A stretch of 64,000 bases of DNA from Verrucomicrobiales bacterium (GTDB taxonomy: Bacteria > Verrucomicrobiota > Verrucomicrobiia > Verrucomicrobiales > SLCJ01): contig JBJTQJ010000052.1 in NCBI GenBank assembly GCA_046075565.1, forward strand, positions 75,912-139,911, in the 5' to 3' direction. Within the stretch, counting starts at the first letter, position 1, and each line of letters opens with the position of its first letter. Made by a program: the position numbers and the translations under genes. The notes below the pieces were generated by a model. The model was given only the letters and a program-made list of their open reading frames with translations, was not told where the DNA came from and ran no database searches. Of the stretch, positions 37,335-47,481 are shown piece by piece.

Positions 37335-39668
37335 TCACTTCGTCTTGAAGTGAATCGAGGTGCGCCATTGGCTCCCCTCGGGGAAGCGGCGCAGGGTCAT
37401 CGAATCCATCGTCGAGACCGTGTCGATGACCTCGCGGATGGTGTTTTCTTCGGAAAGAAACTCCTCGCGGGAAGAATCATCGGGGAACACCGTGCTGGCG
37501 TTGTTCTTCGCCAGGTCGAGCCACTCGAGCGCCGTCTTGGTCAGCGGGTCGAAGCGCATTTTCAGGACCAGACCACGGGGAGCATTGGCGTCGGGTTTGG
37601 CGGCGGCCAGTTTGCCAGCCAGCATCTCCGAGAAGTTCTTCGACGTGCTGAGGAAGAAATACTTCTCGCTGATGGAAGCGGAGGGCAGGAAGTCGTCGTT
37701 GGTGAAGCCGCTGACCGGATACGAGAAGGTCTTCAAGCCGAGGCTTTCTTTCTCGCTGATCGACGGGTCGGGCAGATTGATCCTCGAATCTTCCGGCATG
37801 GGCAGGGCGGCGAGCATGCCTTTGATGGCGGGCTCCATTTCCTTCCAGCCTTCGGTGATGAGGGCGCGGTTCACAACCGGGCGCAAAAGGGCCATACGCG
37901 GGACGCGGCCTTTGGTGAGCGCTTCCGGCAATCCGGGGAATTTCGGAATGGGAGCACCCATATCCATCACGAACGCGCTCTCGGAATCCACCGCCCCGCC
38001 GATCTTGCCACGGGCCGCTTTCCAAAGGGCCGTCACATGTGGAAGCATCTTGTCGCGGAAGAGAGTGAACTGCTCGGCCATGCCCGCTTCCTTGCCGGGT
38101 TCGCTTTCGGCATAGCGATGACCGAGTTCGTAACCGATTTCGGCGAGATCCTCGAGCAGATCCACCACTTTGCTGGTGTAGTTTTTGTCAGCACGGGTGT
38201 GGATGGCCAACATGGTATCTTCGCTGTCGAGGGCATTCGCGAAAGCCAGAGGCACGCTCGCGTCGAGGTCGGGGCTGTCGGCACCGCCGAGGCCTTCGAA
38301 GCGGACACCATTTTCAAACCAGCCCGCGCCGCAGAAAGCGGTGTCGGTGCCACGGGCGAGTTCGGTGAGCGTCTTGCCGGCTTTTTCCACCAGGGCAATC
38401 ACATCGCGCAAGTCGCCCATGGATTTGATCTCGCCGAGCACACCCGTGGCCATATCGGAAAGCCAAGAGTAATCGGCCGAAGCGCGGAAACTCTTGTTCA
38501 CTTCCTCGGCAGCCATGAGCACGAGGAACGGATTTTTGCCTTTCGCTTCACCCAACATCGAAAACTCCGGGCGCGCGGCCATGGATTCGTCTGGCTTATC
38601 CGTGAATTTGAGGGCTTCCGGATTGGGTGCGAGGAACAGCACGAGCGATTCGCCGCGCAGGCCGAAGCCGAAGCTGACTTGCTTCTTGATCAAGGCCGCG
38701 TGCAGCTTCTCGATTTGCGCTGGTTCGAGGTCCTCGCTCATGCCCTCGCGCATGTCGTCGATACTGATCATCTCCGCCGCCTTGACGGTGAACGAGACGA
38801 ACTTTCCGCCGCCCATTTCTTTTTCTTCCTTCACGACAAAGGGCGGAATTCCTTCGGACATCTCGCTGTTCCACGAAGCCAGCATCTCCTGAACCTTGTC
38901 GGCCTTGCCTTTGGCTTCCACGGCGATATAAAGCATCGGGGGGTCCATCTTCTCGACGCTTTCAAGAATCACGTCGAAGTTTTTCTTCAGCACGTCGGTC
39001 ATCGGGTTCACGTATGCATCGCTGGTATCCTCGATGAGACCCTGTTCCTGGGCCATCTGGACCAACGCCGTGCGATAGGTGGTGGCGTTGACCAAGTTCA
39101 TCAGTTTGAGGAGTTGGGTAGTCTGGGTGCCGGTGCCGGGACCGGTGGCGACCGTCAGCTTGCCGCTGGTGAACATGTCGAAATATTCACCGGCTTCCGT
39201 GCCAACCCCGACCGGGCTGTCATCCGGGGCTACCGCCGGCCCGTCGGCAGGGGAAGGTTCGCCATCGGGTGTCGTGGGAGCGGCGGGAGCGGCCGCCGCG
39301 GGTGCGGGCAGATCTCCTTCGCCGATGCCCATTTCTTCTTTGGCTTTTTTCCACAACTCGGTCCCTTCCAGCTTTTTCTTCACCTGGCCGAGGTCGAACA
39401 TCACCAGCGTCTCGAAGTCCTTCGAGAGCCCGGCACCATGCCCAATCAACGGGGCGATTTCCGCAGCGCTGACCGAAGGTTTCGGAGCCTCCGGCGCTGG
39501 AGCGGGGGCCGGGGTTCCTGGTGTGGTAGCGGGGGCCGTGCTGACGGGTGCGGCAGCGGTTTCGTTGCCCGGAGGCGGAGTTGCGGCTGGTTCCTTTTTG
39601 CCGCATGATGGAATGACTGCCAGCGTAAAAGCCGCCAGCGCAAGTGGGATTAGTTTATTTCTTTTCAT
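37335..39668 (-). CDS. Large lipoprotein of unknown function
   Basis: Lipobox-like IPSC, Pro/Ala-rich linker, long ORF with typical coding bias. Confidence 0.75.
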   Translation of the reverse strand: MKRNKLIPLALAAFTLAVIPSCGKKEPAATPPPGNETAAAPVSTAPATTPGTPAPAPAPEAPKPSVSAAEIAPLIGHGAGLSKDFETLVMFDLGQVKKKLEGTELWKKAKEEMGIGEGDLPAPAAAAPAAPTTPDGEPSPADGPAVAPDDSPVGVGTEAGEYFDMFTSGKLTVATGPGTGTQTTQLLKLMNLVNATTYRTALVQMAQEQGLIEDTSDAYVNPMTDVLKKNFDVILESVEKMDPPMLYIAVEAKGKADKVQEMLASWNSEMSEGIPPFVVKEEKEMGGGKFVSFTVKAAEMISIDDMREGMSEDLEPAQIEKLHAALIKKQVSFGFGLRGESLVLFLAPNPEALKFTDKPDESMAARPEFSMLGEAKGKNPFLVLMAAEEVNKSFRASADYSWLSDMATGVLGEIKSMGDLRDVIALVEKAGKTLTELARGTDTAFCGAGWFENGVRFEGLGGADSPDLDASVPLAFANALDSEDTMLAIHTRADKNYTSKVVDLLEDLAEIGYELGHRYAESEPGKEAGMAEQFTLFRDKMLPHVTALWKAARGKIGGAVDSESAFVMDMGAPIPKFPGLPEALTKGRVPRMALLRPVVNRALITEGWKEMEPAIKGMLAALPMPEDSRINLPDPSISEKESLGLKTFSYPVSGFTNDDFLPSASISEKYFFLSTSKNFSEMLAGKLAAAKPDANAPRGLVLKMRFDPLTKTALEWLDLAKNNASTVFPDDSSREEFLSEENTIREVIDTVSTMDSMTLRRFPEGSQWRTSIHFKTK

Positions 39669-39731
39669 GGTCTGGGAGGAAATGCGTCTAAGCATGCCCG
39701 TCTAGCCCGTCATCGTCAAGCAGGGATCCCG

Positions 39732-40163
39732 TTATTTGGACGGAAACCATTGATATAGAAAAAAATAGACAAGAACGCCCGTGACCGAAACATAAAACCA
39801 CGCTGGAAAGGTCCAGCGCGCCCACGCCTTGTGTTTTTCGAACCGGCCCTTGAGCGCGTGCCCGAAGGTCACGAAGATCAGGGGAAGGATGACCATGGCG
39901 AGGATGATATGGGTGATGAGCATCGTGTAATAGATGGTTTTCCATATTCCCTCGCCGCCGAATGGCGTATGCACGCCCTGAACAAGAATCTTGTGCGCCA
40001 CATAACCGACAAGAAACACTGCCGACACACAGAAGGCCGACATCATGCATTTCCGATGCGCCTCCTTCCTTCCTGATTTGATGAAAATGAATCCGGCCGC
40101 CAATAGAATTGTGGCAATACTATTGAGAAAGGCGTTGATGGCGGGTATGTCCTGAACGGTCAT
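39732..40163 (-). CDS. DUF420 family membrane protein (CtaM/YozB-like)
   Basis: PAINAFLN, HRKCM, YYTMLITHIILA, HKAWARWTFPAWFYVSVTGV. Confidence 0.9.
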   Translation of the reverse strand: MTVQDIPAINAFLNSIATILLAAGFIFIKSGRKEAHRKCMMSAFCVSAVFLVGYVAHKILVQGVHTPFGGEGIWKTIYYTMLITHIILAMVILPLIFVTFGHALKGRFEKHKAWARWTFPAWFYVSVTGVLVYFFLYQWFPSK

Positions 40164-40978
40164 GGCTGGGGAGTCGTGGGTTGATCCGATTTGCGCCCGC
40201 CGGTCAGAGCGAGAAAAACCACCACCACGACAACAAGCCCGACCAGCCACCAGAGCGACCGCCCCTCGGGTTCCTGCTCGGAGAGCACGGCTTTCAAATC
40301 CTTCAGCAAGGTTTCACGGGTGGCCTGTGAACGCACGGGATCGATTTCAAGAAGGTTGTAATAACCGCGGATGTGGCCGGCACCATCCACCAGCACGACC
40401 CGCGGATCGTGGGCGAATGGACCCTCGGCGGCAATGATGTCGGCCTGCGTCGCCGGATCATATCTCGTCACCTCCATGAGCTTGAACTGGCTGTCGGGTC
40501 CGGTCATCAAGGCGGTCATCTCCGCGGGTTTGTCGGTGGTGAGGAACCACCAGTTCGGCTTGTCCACCCCGTGCAACTCGGCCCAGCCTTTCAATCGTTC
40601 CGGGCGATCCGCTTCCGGTTCCAGGCTGAAAGCGATGAACTTCAACTTCTCCGGGTTTCCCGCTTCATCGCCAAGCGCGCGCAGTTCGGCGAGCACACCC
40701 ATACATTGTTTCGGGCAAGAAGTGTAAACATACGAAGCGATGTAGGTCGAACCCGCCAGTTCCGCCAGATTGACCTTGCGGCCACTGCGCTCAATCATCT
40801 CCGGAGCTTGTTCGATGCGTCCGAGAAGTCGGGGGCGACCTTGTTTTGGGTCAGCGTTTTGCATCGACTGTTTCACGATGTTCGCACCGACCACCACGCC
40901 GAGCGCCACGATGATCACGAGCATCCAAACCGTCCATGGATTGATGCGTCGGGAAGCGGGAGCAGGCGTCTGGGTCAT
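40160..40978 (-). CDS. SCO1/SenC family copper chaperone
   Basis: YTSCPKQC, HDPRVVLVD...IRGYY. Confidence 0.88.
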   Translation of the reverse strand: MTQTPAPASRRINPWTVWMLVIIVALGVVVGANIVKQSMQNADPKQGRPRLLGRIEQAPEMIERSGRKVNLAELAGSTYIASYVYTSCPKQCMGVLAELRALGDEAGNPEKLKFIAFSLEPEADRPERLKGWAELHGVDKPNWWFLTTDKPAEMTALMTGPDSQFKLMEVTRYDPATQADIIAAEGPFAHDPRVVLVDGAGHIRGYYNLLEIDPVRSQATRETLLKDLKAVLSEQEPEGRSLWWLVGLVVVVVVFLALTGGRKSDQPTTPQP

Positions 40979-41081
40979 GGTGCCACACCATACGTCCGGC
41001 CCGCGCAATGAGAAGCACTATTTGCATCGACAGACCCGGTGTGGCCCAAAAAATGGCTTCCTCGTGCTGGCGCCGGGCCTC

Positions 41082-42056
41082 TCACCGCACGCGGCGGAGT
41101 TTCGTGACCAGCAACCGATTGCCGGAGCCCTCGATGGACTGCACTTGGCGATCCAATACCTGCCAGTGATCGGAAACAAGAACGTGGTCCAGCGGCAGGC
41201 CGAAGGGGGGCACGGGCATCCACGTGGATTGAAATCCGTGGCCCTTGCCACTGTCACGCAGGCGGCCATTCGCGAGCACCTCGTCGAAGAGATCGGAGAA
41301 TGGATGCGCCCCAAGTGCTCCGGCGACGATGCGTGGCCCCTCGTGCGCCCCCGCCGCATCGGCAATGGCGAGAAGGGCTTGGCGGCGGCTCGGGAAGTCG
41401 GCGGCACGCCACGGACCCGGCGGCATGGTGGTGGCAAGACGGAAAAGCGACCCGTCGGTTAGCTTCAGGGTCCAATCACAGGAGGGTTCGCCCGCCTCGC
41501 GTGTCCGGGTGCGGCTGAGATCGCGCTCCAGTTCAAGCCGTGTGAAACACCAGAGACCGGGCGTATTTCCATCCGGCGTATTGATCCAATGGACGGGATA
41601 CCTTTCCCTTGCCGCTTGGAATGAGTCCTGGTAGAAGCGGTTACCGACACCGCCCGCGATCACGAGATCGGCATTGGCACCGAGGATTTTTTCTAACAAC
41701 GCGGTGCTTTCACCATCCGGGTCGATGTGGATCACGGCGATGGTCAGAACCGGCCCTGCGGAAACATCCCCGGTGGGTTCCGGTCCCCGTTCGGGCAGGA
41801 AATATGGCACCACCGGCCAGACCAGCCAGATCGCGACCATGATGCCGAGAATCACCCGGCCGAGCGACAAACCAATCAAAAAGAGGATTGTGCCGGTGAT
41901 GCAGAGAACAAGAACAAGCAACCGATAGGCAGTGATGGCCTCAACCCAAGCCCAGTGCCCACACCATTGCGTCAGCGCGGCATAGATCATCGAACCGGAG
42001 ACCGCCACGAACGGCAGCACCTTCATCCATCGAATCGGCCATTTGATCCACTTCAT
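41082..42056 (-). CDS. Membrane-anchored endonuclease/exonuclease/phosphatase-fold protein
   Basis: Three TM helices, then GLPLDHVLVS; catalytic GDFN and SDH are replaced by GALG and SGN, so it may be inactive. Confidence 0.7.
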   Translation of the reverse strand: MKWIKWPIRWMKVLPFVAVSGSMIYAALTQWCGHWAWVEAITAYRLLVLVLCITGTILFLIGLSLGRVILGIMVAIWLVWPVVPYFLPERGPEPTGDVSAGPVLTIAVIHIDPDGESTALLEKILGANADLVIAGGVGNRFYQDSFQAARERYPVHWINTPDGNTPGLWCFTRLELERDLSRTRTREAGEPSCDWTLKLTDGSLFRLATTMPPGPWRAADFPSRRQALLAIADAAGAHEGPRIVAGALGAHPFSDLFDEVLANGRLRDSGKGHGFQSTWMPVPPFGLPLDHVLVSDHWQVLDRQVQSIEGSGNRLLVTKLRRVR

Positions 42057-42610
42057 GTTCCCGCCGAGCCGGCTTGGATAACCTCTTCCTTGAGCACGCC
42101 GATGAAGGGAAGGTTGCGATAACGACCATCGTAGTCGAGTCCGTATCCGACCACGAATTCGTTCTGGATTTCAAAACCCGTGTAGTCGGCCTGCACTTCC
42201 ACGGAACGCTCCTTTTTCTTGCTCAGCAGCACGCATGTCTTGACGCCAGCCGCGCCGCCCTCGCGGATGAGGCGTTCTTTCACGGCTTTCAAGGTCAAGC
42301 CGGTATCGAGGATGTCGTCGAGGATTAGCACATGGCGTCCCTCGACATTCGGCAACGGGGTGGCGCTGAATTTCACCTCACCGCTGCTGCTGGTTCCGCC
42401 GTGGTAACTCGAAGCGACCAATGTCTCGATGCGCAGCGGGATATGCACCCGCCTCAAAAGATCGGCCATCAGGATCATGCCCCCGTGGAGAATCACCAGC
42501 ACGGACAGATGCTTGCCAAGATAATCGCGAGTGATCTGTTCGGCCAACTCGTCCAAACGGGCCAGAATGGTCGTTTCATGGAATAGGATTTTTCGCAGGT
42601 CCTCGCGCAT
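42053..42610 (-). CDS. hpt: Hypoxanthine phosphoribosyltransferase
   Basis: VLILDDILDTGLTL, EFVVGYGLDY...YRNLPFI. Confidence 0.95.
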   Translation of the reverse strand: MREDLRKILFHETTILARLDELAEQITRDYLGKHLSVLVILHGGMILMADLLRRVHIPLRIETLVASSYHGGTSSSGEVKFSATPLPNVEGRHVLILDDILDTGLTLKAVKERLIREGGAAGVKTCVLLSKKKERSVEVQADYTGFEIQNEFVVGYGLDYDGRYRNLPFIGVLKEEVIQAGSAGT

Positions 42611-42756
42611 GGACAATCCAACCCCATGGCGGGCGATCTGTCCACCGCGAATCGCCGCCCTCCAGGGTGGAGGGAAGGATTGATCGTGACAACCGCCGGC
42701 GGGCCTGCTATGCCTCGGGATAGTCGCCGGATTTGCCATCCGGCGTCCCCTTTCCC

Positions 42757-43550
42757 ATGGCCCCTTTCACCGAAAAAGATCCCCGCGCACTGGTGGTCGT
42801 CGGGCTTCTCGCCACGGCGGCATTTTTGCTGCTCGCCTTTCTCATCAAATCCGGTTTCGGAAGGTCGGATGCGGACGACCCGTCAACGGTGCCTTGGCAA
42901 ATGCCCACGCCGCCCCCCGATGCCGCCGAGCGGGAAAAACTCGCCCGTGGTGTGATGGAGACCGTTCTGGCCGCGAAAGGATGGCGGCAGTGGTTGCCTT
43001 TGGTTCGGGATCCGGCGCGAGTGGAACCGATGATGCGGTCGCACCACGAAATCCAGGGCCACGGCCTGATTCCGGGAGGCACCAGCCTTTGGCGGATGAC
43101 CGATGCCGGGTCAGCGGAGCGTATCGCTTGTTCCGCCCTTCTGCGATTGCCGGATGGTGAGATACTTCCCTTCGCTTTTGTGTGGAGCAACGGCGCCTTC
43201 CGCTTCGATTGGGAGGACTGGTCCGCCCACGGAAGCATCGCCTGGCGGGAATGGATTGATTTGCGGCCCAGCCGGGAACACGAATTGCGTGTCCTTGTCG
43301 AGGCCGCCGATGCTTCCATCGGATCTCCTCCCGGCGCGCCCACGAATTGGAAGCGCGTGACCCTTTCCCATCGCGACTCGCCTGTGAAGTCAGTAGCCTG
43401 GTTGACCGGGGAAAAGTCACCCGCGAGATTCTCGGCCTCCTCAAAAACGGAGAACCTGTGCCTGTTACCGTGAAAACCCGGTGGGAAAAGGTCGGAGACA
43501 TAGACGCCGCCATCGTCGTCGCGCTTGTGCATCAGGGATGGAGTCCGTGA
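42757..43550 (+). pseudogene. Membrane-anchored hypothetical protein split by a -1 frameshift near 43400-43415
   Basis: ORF ends at 43473, but the -1 frame continues VDRGKVTREILGLL...VHQGWSP to 43550. Confidence 0.55.
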
Positions 43551-43621
43551 GTGAATTTGGGGATAGGGGCCGGAGCAGTTTTTTCATTGACCGCCAACAC
43601 CCAATTGGGCAACATGCATAA

Positions 43622-43984
43622 ATGCAACGACGTGGATGTCTTGGTCTCTTGTTCTCGCTTTCCGCTTTGCTAGTCTTGTCGAGTGGTTGGTGGGTTTGGA
43701 ATTGTGCACCCATTAAAAATCCGGCAATCGAATTCGGATACTACGGGCGTTACCACAAGGTGCAGCGGGTAATCTCGCAGATCCCCGGCGCGAGTATTGT
43801 CGATTCATGGAAACACGAGGATATCGTGCTCGAAGATTTCGGATTCACCGTCTCCCTGCAAGGCAAAGAAGCGAAGCGGGTTAACTTCTGGGACGGCACA
43901 CCGATCAAGGAAAGCGGCGATGACGAGGAGATCCGGTCTTATGTGTTGGCCGAGCTTCAATCGCCCGAAAGTGCGGTGAAGTAA
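43622..43984 (+). CDS. Hypothetical membrane-anchored protein
   Basis: 120 aa with an N-terminal hydrophobic helix. Confidence 0.55.
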   Translation: MQRRGCLGLLFSLSALLVLSSGWWVWNCAPIKNPAIEFGYYGRYHKVQRVISQIPGASIVDSWKHEDIVLEDFGFTVSLQGKEAKRVNFWDGTPIKESGDDEEIRSYVLAELQSPESAVK

Positions 43985-44850
43985 TCCGCGAGCAGGCTGG
44001 TGGCTTGTTTCTCTGCCTCATCCAGCGGAAGACCGACCGGCACACCCGGACGCTGGTGTTTCGTATGTGACAGCCAAGCGAATTTAAGCAGATCGGAGCG
44101 GCGACGGAGGATATCCAACGCTTTCGGTGGCGGGGGCGTTGATGCTTTGACCTCGAGCAAGGGAAGGAGATCGACCAAGGCGGCATGAGCCATGAGGCTA
44201 TGGCCCTCGCTGCCGGGATGGACGCCATCGCCGGCGAAGACGAAGCGCGGCTCATTCTTTTTCCGCGTGGCGATGGCGGACTTCAAAGGCGCGCGCATGT
44301 CGGCGACTTTCCATCCCCGTTTCCGTTGCGCGATCAGCCACTCGGCCTGCGCATCGAGCACGGAATCGTAGCCGTGCTTGTCGGTGTCGGCATTGTCGAT
44401 CCGAAACGGCGGAGGAGTCGCGAGAACAAGAGTCGCTCCGGCTTCGGTCGCCGCCGTGGCGAGTTTTTCCATGCCCTCGCTGTAGGCTTTCATCCTCGCT
44501 ACATCGAGAGGAAGATAGATGCCGTCGTTCATGCCATAACAGGCGATGATGTGGGTGGGCCGATAGAGCGCGAGGATGCGGCCGAGACGTTCATGCAAGC
44601 AGGGCCGTGGGAAAGAACCGCCGGCATGACCGGGCTCCGACAAACCGGAAACCGTTTCACTCCCCAAGCCCATATTGACGATCTCGGCGGCACGGAATTT
44701 CGGGTCGGCACGCAAGGCGGCCTCGACTTCGACCGTCCATCCTCCGGCCTGGGTGATACTGTCGCCGAGAAACAACACACGCGGCCCGGCGGACGCAAGG
44801 GCCGGACAGAGGAGCAAGAACAGAAAACAAAACCGCGTGCCGCGTGTCAT
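43957..44850 (-). CDS. SGNH/GDSL hydrolase
   Basis: FLGDSIT, GLGSETVSGLSE, YGMND, DGVHP. Confidence 0.9.
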   Translation of the reverse strand: MTRGTRFCFLFLLLCPALASAGPRVLFLGDSITQAGGWTVEVEAALRADPKFRAAEIVNMGLGSETVSGLSEPGHAGGSFPRPCLHERLGRILALYRPTHIIACYGMNDGIYLPLDVARMKAYSEGMEKLATAATEAGATLVLATPPPFRIDNADTDKHGYDSVLDAQAEWLIAQRKRGWKVADMRAPLKSAIATRKKNEPRFVFAGDGVHPGSEGHSLMAHAALVDLLPLLEVKASTPPPPKALDILRRRSDLLKFAWLSHTKHQRPGVPVGLPLDEAEKQATSLLADYFTALSGD

Positions 44851-45021
44851 CCGGACAAAACGGCGGCGGGACCGAGCATCTTGCCCAATCCTGTCATTTT
44901 AACACTCTTATCGATATATTCTCCTCTTTCGCCTCGGCCCCTCGGAGCATGCGCGTCAAGTTAACAGGTTTGAGCCTGTTCCATCGGGTTTATCGAGGGG
45001 CGCCTGTGCCGCAAAAGTGTC

Positions 45022-45134
45022 GGAGTGCGCCGGCAGAGGGAGCCTTTGGCGGCCGTCGACGGCGCTTTGGGGGTGGAGCGTCCATGCCCAAAGCGGTGTC
45101 GTCCCCGACAAGTCGGGGGTGCCACCGCACTCCA
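45022..45134. repeat. REP-like family B doublet
   Basis: GGAGTGCG...GGCGCTTTGGG then CCCAAAGCGG...CGCACTCC in inverted orientation; matches 13118-13165. Confidence 0.8.
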
Positions 45135-45282
45135 CACATTGGCCGGCGCTTTGGCCGTATCAAAGCACCTCCTTTGGAGGATATCCCGCCAATTTTCCTT
45201 AATTTCACGCCTATGCCCTTTCAAAGGGGTGCCCTTCGTAGCTTCTGGTGCTAAACTCACAGGACCGGGCATCTTGCCCGCT

Positions 45283-46314
45283 TTATCGGGTGAGTGGTCC
45301 GAATCCGCGGAAGGAGCCGGAATCGAGCGGGGGTTCTTCCGGCAAGAGTTCGTCGGAGTGGAGATGACGATCACAAATACCATGGAATTCTTCCGGCGTG
45401 CTGGCGCGGCGGATCTCATGGAGAAAGACATTGCCCTCGCTCACGCCATCGGCCGTGAAGTTGAGGAACTTTTTCATCGCCTGCACGAGACGGTTCTCCG
45501 GTGTGCCGGGGATCCGCAAGACATCCCAGAGGGTTTGGATATAGCCCCGCAGGTCGCGCATGGTTGGCGCGGGTGCGGGGATGCCCTCACAGTGGCTGCG
45601 GATACGCTTGAACAACCACGGATCGCGGATGGCACCGCGCCCGATCATCACGCCGGCCGCGCCCGTGCGCTCCCAGAGAGCGAGTGCGGTGCGGGTGGAG
45701 ACCGCATTGCCATTGGCGATGACCGGGCAGGGCATGGTCTCGACGGCGATGCGGATGGCATCGAGATGCACCGGCGTCGCATACCCATCGCGCACCGTGC
45801 GCCCATGCACGGTCAATCCATCGATGGCATGGCGGCGGAAAACATCTAACAAACGCGGAAATTCTTCCTTGCTCTCGTAACCGACGCGGGTCTTTACCGT
45901 GAAGGTTCCTTGCAAGGAGTCGCGCAGAGTTCCGATGATGCGGTCGACATGTTCGGGTTGGCGGAGCAGGCCGCCGCCTGCATCCTTGCGGCAAACGACA
46001 GGGGCCGGGCAACCGAGGTTGAGGTCGATGCCGGAAGCTCCGCGCTTTTCCATTTCCACGGCCACCCGCACGAGGTCGGGAATGGAGCGTCCGATCATTT
46101 GCGCCACTACAGGCTGGCCGGTCGGGTTTTCTTCGAAACATTTCGCCACCGCCGGATCGACGCGCGCGTTCTCATAGACGCGGGTGTATTCGGTGACATA
46201 CCAATCCGGATCCCCATAGGCATGCATGACCCGCAGGAAGGCATGATGGGTGACGTCCTGCATGGGTGCGAGCACCAGGGCGGGACGTTGGAAGCCGGGC
46301 AGCCACGCGCGCAT
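45283..46314 (-). CDS. tRNA-dihydrouridine synthase family protein
   Basis: LAPMQ, IDLNLGCP, TVKTRVG, TVHGRT, GVMIGRGA. Confidence 0.92.
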   Translation of the reverse strand: MRAWLPGFQRPALVLAPMQDVTHHAFLRVMHAYGDPDWYVTEYTRVYENARVDPAVAKCFEENPTGQPVVAQMIGRSIPDLVRVAVEMEKRGASGIDLNLGCPAPVVCRKDAGGGLLRQPEHVDRIIGTLRDSLQGTFTVKTRVGYESKEEFPRLLDVFRRHAIDGLTVHGRTVRDGYATPVHLDAIRIAVETMPCPVIANGNAVSTRTALALWERTGAAGVMIGRGAIRDPWLFKRIRSHCEGIPAPAPTMRDLRGYIQTLWDVLRIPGTPENRLVQAMKKFLNFTADGVSEGNVFLHEIRRASTPEEFHGICDRHLHSDELLPEEPPLDSGSFRGFGPLTR

Positions 46315-46349
46315 GGGAGGTTGCGGGGCGGAGGGTTGGAACGGGTGTC

Positions 46350-47282
46350 TTAGTGCACCCCGCGCGCGGCGAGCCAACGCTCGCAATCGAGCGCGGCGGC
46401 GCAGCCTTGTCCGGCGGCGGTGATGGCCTGACGGTATACGTGATCGGCCACGTCACCGGCGGTGAAAAGACCGTCCACGCTCGTCATCGTGCCCTGCTTC
46501 TGCAGGATGTAACCGTTCTCATCGAGGTCGGCGAGGTTGGCAACAAACGCGCTATTCGGCACATGGCCGATGGCGACGAAAACGCAGGCGACTTCCAATT
46601 CCGACTCGGCTCCGGTCTTCAAGTTTTTCAGAGTCACAGCGCGCATTTTTCCTTTTTCATCGGGCAAATAGGCGCTGATGGTGGAATCCCAGATCGGTTC
46701 GACCTTTGGATTGGCGAGCGCGCGCTCGGCCATGATCTTCGAAGCGCGCAGAGTATCGCGGCGGTGAATCAGATAGACCTTGCTCGCAAACTTGGTGAGG
46801 AAACCTGCTTCCTCGCAGGCGGAGTCGCCACCGCCGACGACACACACCGGCACATCGCGGTAAAAGGCTCCGTCGCAGGTCGCGCAGGAGGTGAGACCGC
46901 GCCCTATCAGTTCTTTCTCGTTCGGCAAACCGAGGTGGCGCGGGGCCGCACCCGTGGCCACAATCACCGAGCGGGATTCGAGCCAGTTCTCTTCCCCAAT
47001 CTGCACGCGGAAATGTCCCTCGGGTGCTTTTTCGATCTTCTGCACGACCTGGTAATCCAATCGTGCGCCGAACTTCATCGCCTGTTCCTGCATCTTGAAC
47101 ATGAGGTCAGGCCCCATGACTCCTTCGGGAAAGCCGGGGAAGTTCTCCACCTCGGTGGTAGTGGTCAGTTGTCCGCCGATTTGGGTGCCCGCGATGAGCA
47201 GGGGATTGAGGTTGGCCCGGGCGGTATAAATGGCGGCCGTGAAGCCGGCGCAGCCCGTCCCGATGATGATGACACTTTCCAT
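46350..47282 (-). CDS. trxB: Thioredoxin-disulfide reductase
   Basis: GGQLTTTTEVENFPGF, CATCDG, GGGDSACEEA, YRQAITAAG. Confidence 0.97.
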   Translation of the reverse strand: MESVIIIGTGCAGFTAAIYTARANLNPLLIAGTQIGGQLTTTTEVENFPGFPEGVMGPDLMFKMQEQAMKFGARLDYQVVQKIEKAPEGHFRVQIGEENWLESRSVIVATGAAPRHLGLPNEKELIGRGLTSCATCDGAFYRDVPVCVVGGGDSACEEAGFLTKFASKVYLIHRRDTLRASKIMAERALANPKVEPIWDSTISAYLPDEKGKMRAVTLKNLKTGAESELEVACVFVAIGHVPNSAFVANLADLDENGYILQKQGTMTSVDGLFTAGDVADHVYRQAITAAGQGCAAALDCERWLAARGVH

Positions 47283-47481
47283 GCCGAACCATGGCCGGGT
47301 CCGGGCCATCGTCAATGGCCGCATGCATTTCCCAGTGATTCATGCCCATCTTCCACCGGATTTTCTTCTGGCTGCCTATGAAGCAGTGCCACCGCACCTC
47401 CCCCGGCCGCCTCCGGTGGGGAAACCCCGCCCGGCCTCCGTTCCAGAGAAAAAAAAGACCACTTCAGCACGTAATAGGGGT

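Noticed and set aside
37270-37368. N-terminal extension of the GT-C ORF
   Set aside because: It runs through an intrinsic terminator and the upstream gene's stop codon
37350-39608. 752-aa plus-strand ORF
   Set aside because: Antisense shadow of the lipoprotein gene
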